Positions 13,141 through 25,839 of a DNA stretch of 64,000 bases are shown here, in pieces (the first letter of the stretch is position 1; each line of letters opens with the position of its first letter). Location of the stretch: positions 436,443 through 500,442 of the forward strand of contig NMRA01000334.1 of the NCBI GenBank assembly GCA_002633005.1, written 5' to 3'. This stretch comes from Phoronis australis (Eukaryota > Animalia > Phoronida). The translations under genes were made by a program, and so were the position numbers. The notes below the pieces were generated by a model. The model was not told the DNA's origin. It saw nothing but the letters and a program-made list of their open reading frames with translations, and made no database searches.

Positions 13141-16100
13141 GCAGTTTTATGCAATACTTATTATAAACACCCTTGGTTTCTGAAAATAGTAATTATTTAA
13201 TTTTATGTGAAATTATAGAGCAGTCACCATTTCACATTTTTGAAAAACAATGGCAGTATTTTTGACCCAACCTGGAGTACTTTGTAATTCATATTTCAAT
13301 ATTCGTTCCAGGTTCAGTGATATTTTAAGCCAATTTCAAGCCGCAACACGGACAAGCTATGTTACTCCGTTGTCTTCCCACAACACTTCCACACACCAGC
13401 AGTGATGCATTCCACAATGTACATGTAGAAGTCAGTGGCCCTGGATAAATGTGAATCGCAGTACTAAGTTACCATAAGACAATGTGTCAGTGGAGTGTCT
13501 GGGTATGAAGAGGAAATATATCTGACAGCGACACAAGTAAGCCTCGTCGGTGAGGATGCCCTTTAGTAGGCAATGAGTCGTGTTTGGACAATAGCTTATT
13601 TCTTTTCCTGGAAGAAACATGAGGGACTGAAGCTAAAGAAGACCTAGGGACACTCTGGTCTACTTCAGGGTCCGATTTTGGGCACAAAACGATTCAAGTG
13701 ATATGCTGTTGTGTTTACCTTCAATGGTCTAATTGTGGATGTTATTGAGGCTGAATGAGGTTACATGAAGGAAAGCCACATGCCGAAGCTGGACCATTTT
13801 ACAAGCGCTTCTTTCGGCCATTGAAACTTGATCCCAGTGAAATGCAAACCAAAATCATCTGATATAAATACCTGTCCTTTCTCACTCAGTGACATTAACT
13901 TTTCCTTTCAGAAGAAAGGCTTTATACTAATGGTAAAAAACTTTTCAATTTCTTTCACACTATGGGTAAATCACATTCAGTGACTGCATCGATTGTCTTA
14001 TTGTCAGTAGAAAGCCCGTTAATGTTACACTTTGATGATCAAATAAATTTTTAATCAACAGGCAAGTTTGTCACTAATTATTGAAACCACCATATTTCTT
14101 CAGTTTTAAAACCCCATACAGGGCAGTTGTGCTTATTCTCGATAAAGCTGAAGTAATTACCGAATACGCTTGCGAATTGTCATTTTCCTGTTGACCTATA
14201 GAAATGTCCAGCGATCAAAATGAAGTATTCCCTTTGTTTGCATTGGATTTTTCGTGTGTGTAATTATTTTAGAGCTTTTTCAAGAAGGCCTTTGAACAAT
14301 TTTATGGTTTGAGTTAACTTGTCTATGAACAAAAGTTCCACATGCCAGAAAAGTAATGCTATGTTTTCAATTGTAGCTAGCTGGATAAGTATCTGCTATG
14401 CACAATATTCCAGAATAAACAATTATATTTAAAAACAAAATGACAAACTGAACAAGCACATACATACACACAAAGAAACACCAATGCAATGGAGTCCATA
14501 ATCAGGCATATCAAGTGCTGAATTTCTGAGTTAGATTCATTTCTCTCAGTTTATTGCTGAAGGATTGTTTTTCACTTTGTCCAAAGGTAAAATAGATGGT
14601 CAGGCGGTTGGTTTCAGATGTTTTCTCTCATCTGTAACAGAATAGTGGGAGAAACATTAGCAAATTATAAAAGAAAACACAAGACAAACTACTTTTGTAA
14701 GGCAGAACATACTTGACGTTTCATCTTCATGTTTATGTATAGAAACTAATATTCTTTGCACCCAAGCCTTTTTAATATCTGAATTAAAATATGTGAAACT
14801 GGATAAAATTGATTTAACAATGTGTATTTTTCATGACACTTGAAATGTGCTTCTGATCACAACAAACAAAATTCATTTTATGTGTAAATATTTATTCCAA
14901 TGCTTTGTTACAACATTTACTTAATTAAGGCTTATTCATGTTAATTCGGTAACTAATCTGGTAGTCCTGGGGATGGGGTCCCCCTATAAAATAAGGAAAC
15001 TAACTCAACTAGAGGAATTTATTGGACACATCATATTTTTGAAGAGAAACTGCTGTGAAAAAGTCACCCTTGACTTACCACTCACCTTTTATATTGAGCG
15101 CACTCCTACCCAGGACAATATGAATAGGTGCTGCAAGCCTACCCGGCATCCGAGTCCCGGGTGAGTTTCCGAAAAGAAACGCTTAGCTCCACTCAATAAA
15201 CCCGTTATTCAGTGGGTGAACTGGTGCGGTCAACATTACCGAACGATGTCGATAGAAACTGATTGCTAAAAACTTACCAAGTAAATGGAAATGCATAAAA
15301 TACACAAGGGCTTCAGCATCCACACACTTTTTGGTTGACCCTTTTGACCGCAATTGTCCACGAATATAGTCACTTTAGGTCTTTTGGGAATTTGTGGCCA
15401 CATGTCGAAGATTTGCACCACGGAAAGTAGCTGTATTAAGGCTTAGCGCGACGACGTATTTTGATAACAATTCCATCATTTACCAGTTGTTTACATGCAG
15501 ACAGCGACGCATGCGCAATTCAATCACCACTAGTACAGCAGCGACACCGCGAGGAGAATTCTCCGAATAGCCCCATTAGTGTTTGAACCTTATGTTTACT
15601 CTGTAATTAACTATATTTATTTGAACCAGGCTCTGTAAGGGATACCAGTCGAATAATGTTGACATTTACGTGCATAAATTATGAAAAATTATCGCGAGGG
15701 AGTTAAAACAGAAACATAATTTTAAATAATGGCGGACATTATTTGCATAAATCGCCTTTTTTCATGCAACGGCTTGAAATTTGATTTTTTAGAATCATAG
15801 GTGCAAGTACAGTATCTATAATTGTCTTGTAGTGATTTGTTGTTCAGATTCAATCACAAGATGGCGACCATAATGCGCATAAAGTATGCAAATTCACGAT
15901 TTTTGGTACCTTTCCACCAGTTTTATAAAGTTCACTAACATTGAAACGTGCCGTACGTAAACCAACAAATTAATCTACTCATGGTGTAGGGGTAAAGAAG
16001 TTGTAAGAAACAGAATAATCTTGCATAATTGCAGCCTCAATTTGCATATTTAAGAGGCAACTTGCAAAAATGTGAGCATAAGTTAATCTCCGCATATCAC

Positions 16101-16539
16101 AACTATCTTTTGTTGAAGCACAAACCATCTTACAAATACCTCCGCCAAGGGGGTTATGCTTTTGCCCTTGTTCGATGGAGTGTGTTCGTGTGAGTGTACC
16201 AGGGGTCATTCCGCTCAGACAGAAGTATATAACATCTGCACCCAAAAATTGATCTATCGCAAGCTCCGCCCCTTGCGTAATGTCGACTAACAAACAATAA
16301 TTTTCATAAGGGAACATGTGGTTTGTCGGGTAAAATGGGGGCTCGGAAACGAAGGTGTGTCAAGAATGATGAGTTTTAAATGGTCAGTTAAAGGAGAATG
16401 CCACCCGATTTAACTAGTCTTTTTTTTGCCGCCTTAATCGGTCTCATTATCCACATCGCCTCTTATACAGCCGACCTCACCTTGCCGAGAGGTGTCGCTT
16501 TAACCTGTCAGGAAGGAGAGAAACAACGCAGGGACGTTA

Positions 16540-19500
16540 TAGTCGGTGGGCCAGATCTCATAGCGTCCATCCTTGTGAGTACTTAAGGGGGGCAACTTAG
16601 TTTTTTTCTATGTGGCTAGATAATATACCTATAAATCAAGTTCCCACGTCTACACTTGCACGTTTTTTAAAAAAGGGTGTTTTTGTTGCACAAAATATGA
16701 TGCACATTTCTGCCACTTGATGGCGCTTTTCTATTGAATTGACCAATCAGAGAGCCAGATTGTATTGTTGTGCTTAGTTACTTCAATATGGCTGCTCCCA
16801 CGGAGTGTGATGCCTGTATAATTCAAGGTTTATCAAACAGCACAAAATTGTGATGTCAGAGCCTAAAGAAGCTTAGGAAAGCTTCCTGACGAAAGCTGAT
16901 TGACTGTGGATTTCTGTAGATCAGTAGATCAAAAAGAAGAAGAGGTGTCACAAACGTTTGTGCAGAAAACAGCTGCATGTCCTAGTAGCCTACACAGTAT
17001 ACTGCTGAGTGCTGTAGACTAGAAGACCAAGTGTCAGACCAAAAAATTGAAAGGACATAGAACGGCATAGCAACGTTTCAAGGCACCAACAGTAGTACTA
17101 AAGCTGAAGTTGCTGAAAGTGATACAGATGTTATCCAAGATTTCCCAAGAAAATCAATTATACTTCCAAAATCTGAAACACCCAATTAACCTGAACAAGA
17201 TAGGAACATTCTGAAACATGAGTGCATCATTTGTTAGCAGGAAAAGTACATTATGGGCCACATTTCAAGAAAGAGAAAGAAGTATAGCTTTCAAAAACAG
17301 GTACGTGTTTTTTAAAAATACATCTTGGTGTTTTCCATGTGTGTTTCAGTATTATCACCAGTTGTTTTTTAACTTGTTCAGCCCCTTGGCTGCCTAGGCC
17401 TTAGACAATACTGCTGACCCAGTAGAGACGATGATCATACCATAGGTACTTCATATGCCGGATACTTTTCGGCAAATTATGTTCCTATAAGTTTAGAAGT
17501 ACCGCGTAGAGAGATGCCTCTGAGGAGGTCGTTAATGTTTTCATTTGTTCCCAGTTTAAACAAATACTCCTGCAATCCTGTTTTTCGAACACTCCATTCA
17601 GTTGCCACATCGACACTGCTTGCGCTAAGGGATAATCCTATGGCGTTATACTGTGGGTGTGATTTTAAAGCACTTTAAGTCAAAAATTTTTGAGAAGGTT
17701 AAATGGAGTAGATAGTTGCAAACAACATGCCCAAGTGGCCGTCATCCCCTGCCGTAGTCTCAATTTTTTGTAAACATTAATTACTTAGGTAGCTGCAATG
17801 ATAATTAAATTAAAGTGCCTAAGTGGCCATCGTCGCCGTCGAAATTTGAGGACGATGGAAGCCACTGTCCATTTCGTCAAACGTCGATTACCTTAAGTGT
17901 AAATCGATTGACTATGGTTTGAGCATCTGATTTAAAAAAATTAAATTTCAATCACTGCACAGGTATATCAGCTGATTTATTTTCAGCTGCATCTACTGAT
18001 CTAATTATTAGACGATCAACATTATTAGGCTACAGGTCAAACGGCATGTAAATTTGTTAGGCTGGTGGTGGATCAGCTCCTGATACGTCCGTCTGAAAAA
18101 GTTGCATGCCAACTCACTCATAGTTGAATGTTAAATTAGTGTTAACAGTTCGGGTTTTTTTCAGTTGGACTTGTATCGCAAGCAACAGCTCAGTCCAGAG
18201 CCCTGAATATGCAAATGAAATTCAAAGATAAAGACCTTGTGTCTTAGAAGCCAAGTACCACAGATCATCATGCTGTAAAAAAGAGAAAGACAAAGATTGT
18301 GGAGAGTGACGAATCCCCAGTTTTCAGAGATGTTTTTCTACAGTTTTGTTTGGAGTTCATTGAATCAAAGCTTCTAGCACATGGAGATGTCATTTGCCTT
18401 TCAAAAATAAAGCAAGACTTTGAAGCTGTTCTTCAGAAAGCTGGTGTGCATGAAGTTATTTGGACAGGCAATCTTAAGAAATATTGTTGAAGCTACTCAC
18501 TGTTGTAGTTTGTGCCTGACTAAGAGATACGAAAGTGAATTGAGGCTAGTGTTCAATAATTCACTTGCTGACTCTAATTAACACAGCCCATTGTAACATA
18601 TTTTGAATCAAACGTTTGCCCAAATAGTGCCCGCCTCCAAACAAGGACTTAGTGTTTGACCCTTCATTGCCTGCGGGCTAATCACCAGTGTGCAGTGCTG
18701 TACCCTCTCTAATCGACCATAGTTGGCTCCTTGGCGGTGGAGCTTTGCAGTTAATATGTATGGCAATGACCGCATCTCCATTGACAGTACTAAACGATGA
18801 ACGCTGCAAGTGCAAAAAGAACATGTGTGCTGGGAAACTGAGTTTGTGCTGCAATGCTGGGTCAAACTGTACAGAAATGTGCAGCTGTGACAACTGTAGT
18901 AACATCAGCAACACTGACTGCATAACATTGGATAGTTCTTTGACAGGCCAACCCTAAATAGACCTCCAACCCCGTTATTTCCTTTTTTGTATTAAAAAGT
19001 TAATTTTATTTGTTGATTAAGTCATAGAAAGTACATACTTTGATCATTGTCATGTATTTGTCTCATACTGCTTAATAAACGCTGTCAGAATAATCTATTT
19101 TAATACAGTCTTTGTGCACATTCACAGAGATCATTCAACTATATTGTTTTTGTACTATAACATATTTCTGGTGTATTATGCAAACAAGCTGTATTTTACA
19201 CCATTAGTCAATGTTTTAGTCATTGAGGCACAAATTTTGCCCAGTCTCAAGTGTTTTGTGTTATTTTTGTTGCCTGACAATGCCAGAATAACTTCCTAGA
19301 AACATTCAGACTTAGTTTGTATTTTTGCCACTAGGTGTCTCTTTACGTTTTTTAAATTTCACTGTTTACAATTAATTTACAATAGTAAAACATGTAATGT
19401 GAGTGTAATATTGTTCAATACAATGGCACTGATGGGACCATATTACTTGTTTTACAAAAAAGTCACCAAAACTGTTGTTTTTACAAATATAAGTTTACTA

Positions 19501-19691
19501 AGCTCTTTGGTGATTATTAGGTAACTTCAAACTCAAATTTCTCAAAAATGTGCAACTTTATACGTGGGAACTTTTTAGATTTTGAAAACACTCTAATAAA
19601 TGAATTAAAAAACACCAAAATAAAATTGCCCCCCAAAAGTACTCACAAAAGCCATTTTCTAGAGGCCCTACAAAATCTGGCCCACCGACTA
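16540..19691 (+). mobile_element. Academ DNA transposon (internally deleted, degenerate)
   Basis: TAG...CTA termini (TAGTCGGTGGGCCAGAT / ATCTGGCCCACCGACTA), TTA duplicated on both flanks, subterminal gtgagtactt..ggggggcaa match; remnants DLV..EAKYHRS (~18233-18270) and C-terminal Cys cluster CKCKKNMC..CCNAGSNCTEMCSCDNCSN (18688-18957). Confidence 0.82.
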
Positions 19692-19710
19692 TTAGTGGTT
19701 CATCTGCAGA

Positions 19711-19940
19711 GTGAATGCCGCTATATTGCGGTGCATCGTTCCCGCTTGTCCGAACTACGAAGCTGCGAAGAAAGCGGGTATATTGTTTTTTCGACTTCCT
19801 CGAAAGCCAGAAACGCTTAGAAAGTGGCTCGAGGTAGTGAAGAATGAAAAGTACGCTGTGAATAGCAAGTATGAAGCTGTGAAACATCTCTGTGTCTATG
19901 GCCCGCGCTTCGTCGACAGTGATTTCTCCGGCTTACCAAA
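19711..19940 (+). pseudogene. THAP zinc-finger coding remnant of the Kolobok-like element
   Basis: CIVPACPN...FFRLP...LRKWLEVV...HLCVYGPRF..SDF; C2CH motif degenerate at the last ligands. Confidence 0.7.
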
Positions 19941-21821
19941 GAACTATCCATACGTTCTGTTGCCTGTGCATGTTCACGGCACCTGTCAAGTATTTCTTGA
20001 TCCGCCTATTCCGGTTCAAACTGATAGCCTGGGAAACCTAACGATCCAAACCGTGAAGTCTTCGTCCGATGAACTCTCGAATAAGTCGGGATTAGCGGCG
20101 GACGAGTTGCCATGTAGACGCTTAGTACTCTGCGTTCTGTTCTGTTTCAAAAGGAATTATTCTCACCCTAACCACTGCATTACTGAAACAAAGTATGTCT
20201 CATTAGATAGAATTTGTAATGCCTTTGGAGTATTTGGGAGTGCAAATGTTTTGAGAAGCAAGAAATAAACCACTGCGTTACCGGCTTTAGGTGCAATAAA
20301 GGTAACTGACCGGGCACCGAAGCCCTGTGAGTGCATGCTAATTCAGTGTTTGCTGACAGAGAACTGTTGTGAAACAACAATTCGATTTTATACAGGTTGT
20401 ATGCTATATTCACATGTTAAAGGAATCTTCATTTAGATGTACAAATACATTATTCAAATCATTGTTACTGTACAAACCTGTGCCCTCACATTTCTGTGGA
20501 AGAGGAAACTGAGTTCGCGGTCCCCAACAAGTAAGTATATTTTCAGTTTCGTGGCTAAATCACCTATTATATTCTTTTCGTGTCTAGAGGTCTAGTTTCC
20601 AACTAAAGCTGGTTTGTGTTCGTGATGTCCAGTCCCGGCGGCCGGGACGTGCCTGACCGGGTTCCGAGCCACTGGTGGGAAGTAACAAGCGTTTTGTGTG
20701 TTTAGAACTGAAAAAATCGGAAGTCTAAAAGTACAACACACAGCTATATTCCCCTGTCAGTATTTCCCGGAAGAATGATTCGAATTTATCACCAAACAGA
20801 CCCAAACTCCCGCGATCGACCATGGTAGATTGGCCTATTGTTACGATACGTTCAAATACCTATAAATCCGTAACCGTGAAATAACACAAAACGTTTGCCC
20901 AACAACTCGATGTATTTTAAGAGGTTTACATCGAATGTTGATGATTTTTGGTGTAAAACGATGAATTCAAGCTATAAGTTGACACCAGTAAGCGTGCTGT
21001 GAACGGCTGAACAGACTGCTTTCAAACCAATTACGTCATTGGTTAATTTCGACACTTCCGTCTGCCGTTTGGTGTCAGATAAAACAACTGAACTTGCTGT
21101 TATCGAGTGGAACTACTCGATCTAAATTGATACAAAATAGGTTGTTTTTGAGTGGCATTCTCCCTTAAGGCGTCACTCAAAATCGTGGGGACAGGTCAAT
21201 TTTGAGAGACCGCCTCTTGTGGTTGCCCTGTTTTTGATATCTGCCAATCTCTTAGATCAAAGGTCGTTAAGTGCAAACTAAAAGTTTGAGCTAGACACAT
21301 CAAATACCATTGAGTTTAATTTCTGGAGTTTCAGGTTATTTGATGAAAACATGGGGTCATTAGGTGCATTTCTCTTGTGAAATGTGGACCAATTCAATCA
21401 GCTTGTATTCTAAATGGCTTAAAGTATAATGTAAGACATCTGTGATTCTTAGCATTAACCACACTTTTCATGGAGTTTACACTTATTCCTTCAGTAGCGT
21501 TCATAATGCACCATAAGGGGTCAATTAGTGCAAAGGTCATCAAATTATCAACATGTAATTTCTGAAACAGTTTTGAAGAATTCTTTTTCAGATTAGTAAG
21601 CGGGTTGTTGTCAAAGATTTCCCGTATCAATTCCTGTAAATGCACGCGCAAAGTACATCATTGTCACACTGTTACAATAATGCTTCTAGTTTAATATGCC
21701 AATGTTCAATGATCCTCGGATTTTGACAATAGTCCAAAATAGAACACAAATATTGGCTAATCAGAATGCCAAAAGAGGTATAAATAAAGGTCAAATTGTC
21801 CTTTTTCATTTCATTTTGGCA

Positions 21822-21936
21822 AATTGACGGACATGGTGATATTGGGATACTCATTGCCTATTGACGGACACGGTGATATTGGGATACTCATTGCCTATGG
21901 ACGGACATGGTGATATTGGGATACTCATTGCCTATT
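21822..21936. repeat. ~38-bp tandem repeat x3
   Basis: attgacggacatggtgatattgggatactcattgcct repeated. Confidence 0.9.
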
Positions 21937-22720
21937 TTTGAAACCCTGTTTTAATCTTAAAGATGGATTGAATAGCATTGAAAAATAAAATATTCGTGTT
22001 TTTAGTTTTGTTTAATTGCCATATTTTAAATATTCAGTTGGAAACAAATTAAAAGTTGTGAATTTCAGATTGGAATGTACTTGTACATTCAACCAGAGGA
22101 AAGTATTCAAGGAGCGGGTCACATCTGTACAAGTCACCAAAAGACCGGAACCATTGTAGTGATGGATTTAACATGTGATATTGTTTTCTGTACAAAAATA
22201 TGTGATCTTGCTCATCACTTGCGTGTTAAAATTTCGGGGGAGTACCGTTCATAATTCTTTTAAAAAATTATTCAGTCACATTTAAAGATTAACATTTACA
22301 GGTAATCTGGTTTGAATGGAATAACAGACTAGACAATCTTTCTAACTCGCGGCCTGCATAGTGCCTTATTCTCATTAACACAATTCTTTTTTATAAACTG
22401 TTCTTTCCTCAGCAACCGTAGTTCAATTCTTACTAAATCAGTTGTTTTATGGTTAATTACATTTTTAAAACTTACCAAAGGCACGAGTTGCACCTGCTTG
22501 AGGTTATGTCGCACAAGTTTGGTACAGTGTATTACATTTGTCTGTACTATACAACTACAACTGGGAACTTTTGCATTTGACAAAAAAAAAATTGCGACAG
22601 ATGAGAAAAGAGCTGTAGTTTATGGGAAATGAAGTATATTGACATTCGTAAGCCTGAATATGTCAACATAAATTTCCTGCAATATCTTTGAAAATATAAA
22701 ATAATGCATATCTCCACACA

Positions 22721-23833
22721 TTTTTATGAGCCACATATTTATCTGTCTGGGCGTCCGTCGACGTACGTCCGCAGACGTACATGTACATGTATCTCCTAAG
22801 CCCCTCGCAGGATCTTGATGACATTTGGCAGATGGGTTTCTAGTAAGCTAATGACGGATGACGCCGAATTTCGGACCTCTTCGATAACAGGTGTGCCCCT
22901 AGTGGCAATTTTAGGTTTTTACGCTTACCTCTTTATCTTTGGAAGTCCTCAACGGATTTTCATGAAATTTGGCAGTGAGACATATTAGGGACATGACGCT
23001 ATCCTCTCGTTTTCGGAGGGATTCAAGGTGGTTTGCGCCACCTGGTGGCCGTTTTTACTGTTTTCGAGTCTGTTTTTTGGCGTCCGCTGTTATATAAAAA
23101 AACTGCTCTAGGGATGATTTTGAAAAATTGGCATCTATGTTCTTACTGTGACGATGATTTTCCAATGACTTCGACTACGTACATGTATACCTGTATCTTC
23201 AAAGGTCCTAAACGGAAATTCATAAAGTTTGGCAGATAGTGATCCAGTAGTGAGGCAGTTTTCAGTTGAATTCGAGGTATTTTGCGCCATCTAGTGGCCA
23301 TGTTTACTGTTTGCGAATTTGCTTTTTTTCGCATCTGCCCGTCTATCAACCAAAACCACTCTAAGGACGATTGTGAAAATTGGCATGAATATTTTCACTA
23401 TGTAGAGGACTACTTCTGATGTTTTTCCGATGACTTCGACTACTGTGGCGCCTCCTAGTGGCATTTTTGCGCCCATGTATGTATCTCCTAAACTCTCTGT
23501 AGGATGTTTATTAAATTTGGCAAGTGTATTCATATGAAGTTGACAACAGCCGACGACGACTTTTGAGACGGATCTGATGAAAGCTGTGGCCCCTTGTGGC
23601 ATTGTCATTTTTTCCGTTTTGCTCTGTTTCTCTGAAGTTCCTTTACGGATTTTTATGAAATTTAATAAATAGCTTTCTGTTAAAAACGAGGGCATGTTCC
23701 CGTTTTCGGATGGACTGAACGTATTTTGCGCCATTTAGTGGCCATTTTTATGATAGAAATGCAACACCCCAAGAAGCAAACCGTTTGCGGTGCATTTGTG
23801 GGCGCAATTCAACGCCCTGCGTTGCTCTTGTTT
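22721..23833 (+). mobile_element. Second copy of the HINE-like repeat family
   Basis: Collinear with 884-2611, ends caacgccctgcgttgctcttgttt. Confidence 0.7.
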
Positions 23834-24436
23834 GAATGCTTATGATCACTTGGAAGTGCTAGTCTTCAACGATGCAGAGGAAATACTTCAAATATTAGCA
23901 TGAATTCCAAAAGCTAACTCCTCAAAAGCTACGAATTTAAAAATTGACTAAGAATCGAACAACTGTGTAAAGGATGAACTTTTATTACAGGGAGCATCAC
24001 CACAAGGAAATCGTATTCTCTGAATGTGAATCTCCCGCAGTTACTTTAGTGAGATAAGGTCTTTGGCCTTCCACACCAACATCACCAAAAGTTGCTTTTA
24101 CTATCCCAATGGAAATGTTGAGAGTGTTGCTGATGAAGTGTCAAGTACCTGTGTCTGGATTTGGAACTGTTTTGCAATCTGGAAGAAATCTCATCGCTGT
24201 TGCTTTCTTAACTCTTTATTATAGATTGGTTATGATCTTATATTAGAGTGTAATGAATACACTGAGTTATTGAGAAATCGAAAGCAGGTCAAGCTTTTGG
24301 TGAGTATAATAAAAGTTGCGTATGCCACTCGGAAGGTGGGTTCGTTTGTATCACAGAACTTTGGAAAAATGTCAAAAAGATAAAACTGTCTTATTCGTTT
24401 TATTGTTGAAGGAGAACCACCGTGGTTTTCCATTCC

Positions 24437-24531
24437 TTTAGTGGCGTATATTGCATGCACCAAGTATGCAAATGCACTGTTTTCTTTAGTGGCGTATATT
24501 GCATGCACCAAGTATGCAAATGCACTGTTTT
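24437..24531. repeat. 48-bp tandem duplication
   Basis: tttagtggcgtatattgcatgcaccaagtatgcaaatgcactgtttt x2. Confidence 0.9.
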
Positions 24532-25148
24532 CTATTGCTCCAAATTGAACAAGCTGTTGAAGCCAGATGTGATGATGGGATACAGTGTCCAGCTTGTCCT
24601 CAGGTACATTCCATTGTTTTATACACAGGCAAGAGATAATTTCTTATGTCAGATCAGCTCATAACAGGTGGTTATCAATATCATATTTCAGTAAAATATG
24701 GTTAAAATATGAAATAGGCAAATATCAAATCGTCTCAATGCAGTTTAGGATGGTGTGTATGGGTGCACATGTGTGTGTTGTTCATGTTAGTGTAGTATTA
24801 TTTTCTATTTCCTAGCCAAGAAAGGGCCAAAAGTTCTAGGAATGGAAGGACATCGATTTCTAACGGTTGGTTTGTCGAATCCTGATCAATTACAGAATGA
24901 CATTTCGCTACCAGGTAGCACAGATTATAAACGCAAATCGACAACATTCAGGTACTGAGATTCTGGTCGAAGGATCAGATTAGTAAACTCTAAGAAAGCA
25001 GGAATTCATGAGCTAAATTTCAAACTATCAATACATATAACCACCACCAAAGTTGATAAACAAACGACGTCGTAACTTGAAGTGATTTCCCACTTGGTAA
25101 GATGTTCCATAGTTCCTTCTTATCACATCTCGCAATGTAACGAAGGTT

Positions 25149-25186
25149 CTACGTCTCCAACTCGTCTACGTCTTCCAGAAGTTGGT
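25149..25186 (-). CDS. Secreted WG-R6/EF-hand protein, exon 4 ((D)QLLEDVDELET*)
   Basis: cttttgcag acceptor, phase 1 matches exon 3, acidic reading, TAG stop. Confidence 0.7.
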
Positions 25187-25725
25187 CTGCAAAAGCTGCA
25201 AGTATAAACCACTCTTTAGTTCACGTAATGTGCCTTCGAACTAATAGGATTATATTCGGTATCGAGACCCATAAATCTTACATTTACATATGCCCCGAAA
25301 TAATGCTCAGATTTTCATAACCATGTTGTTTTGTCACTGATGTTAAACATTTCAAGAGACGTCAAATAATACGTATGGAGAGAAGTCACGACCCTTATAG
25401 ACATTCCCATAAATGTAATTTATGTTGAATTCGGTGAATAGGTGCTCACTAAGTATGCCGTTGGTCTTGTCACAAAGAATTGCGTGCAGAAAGGCAAAAT
25501 CACGCTTTCAGGTTGAGAATTGTGTAAGATTTTAAATCATGAGGAGCTCGCATTACTCATGGCGAATTCAGATGCGCAGCGTAGGCCTACATCTCAGCAC
25601 TGTGGGTCACGCTCCTTTTGAGCGTAATGAATGTTCACCCAATCACTTCCGGTCACAAGCGTTGTGTTGAGTAGAACATCATTTTCTCACTCCGTAAATT
25701 TACCGCGCATAATTGTGATACTTAC

Positions 25726-25839
25726 CGTCGTCGTCACCATCATCACCATCATCATCATCAAGGTCTCTTAGCCCTTCATCGTTCTCATCTTTTTTACTCA
25801 TCGCTATTCTCATTTCATATGTATCGAGTACGCCGTTAC
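25726..25839 (-). CDS. Secreted WG-R6/EF-hand protein, exon 3 ((G)NGVLDTYEMRIAMSKKDENDEGLRDLDDDDGDDGDDD)
   Basis: tttttacacgcag acceptor, gtaagt donor, phase 1/1, completes the EF-hand loop. Confidence 0.82.

Larger units (their letters stand above)
10877..15574. mobile_element. Degenerate DNA transposon, ISL2EU/PIF-Harbinger-like
   Basis: TIRs GGGGCTATTCGGA / TCCGAATAGCCCC, AT on both flanks, subterminal match tgtactagtggcgat / atcaccactagtaca; broken THAP-like reading on minus strand ~15280-15440 (PWCKSSTCGHKFPKDLK..WTIAVKRVN). Confidence 0.7.
16392..21164 (+). mobile_element. Kolobok-like DNA transposon with THAP-domain ORF, interrupted by an Academ element
   Basis: TTAA on both flanks (16388-16391, 21165-21168); TIRs AGGAGAATGCCAC / GTGGCATTCTCCC; THAP ORF at 19711. 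Confidence 0.75.

Noticed and set aside
18688-18957. Host Cys-rich (tesmin/metallothionein) gene
   Set aside because: Lies within Academ TIRs and matches the transposase C-terminal Cys cluster
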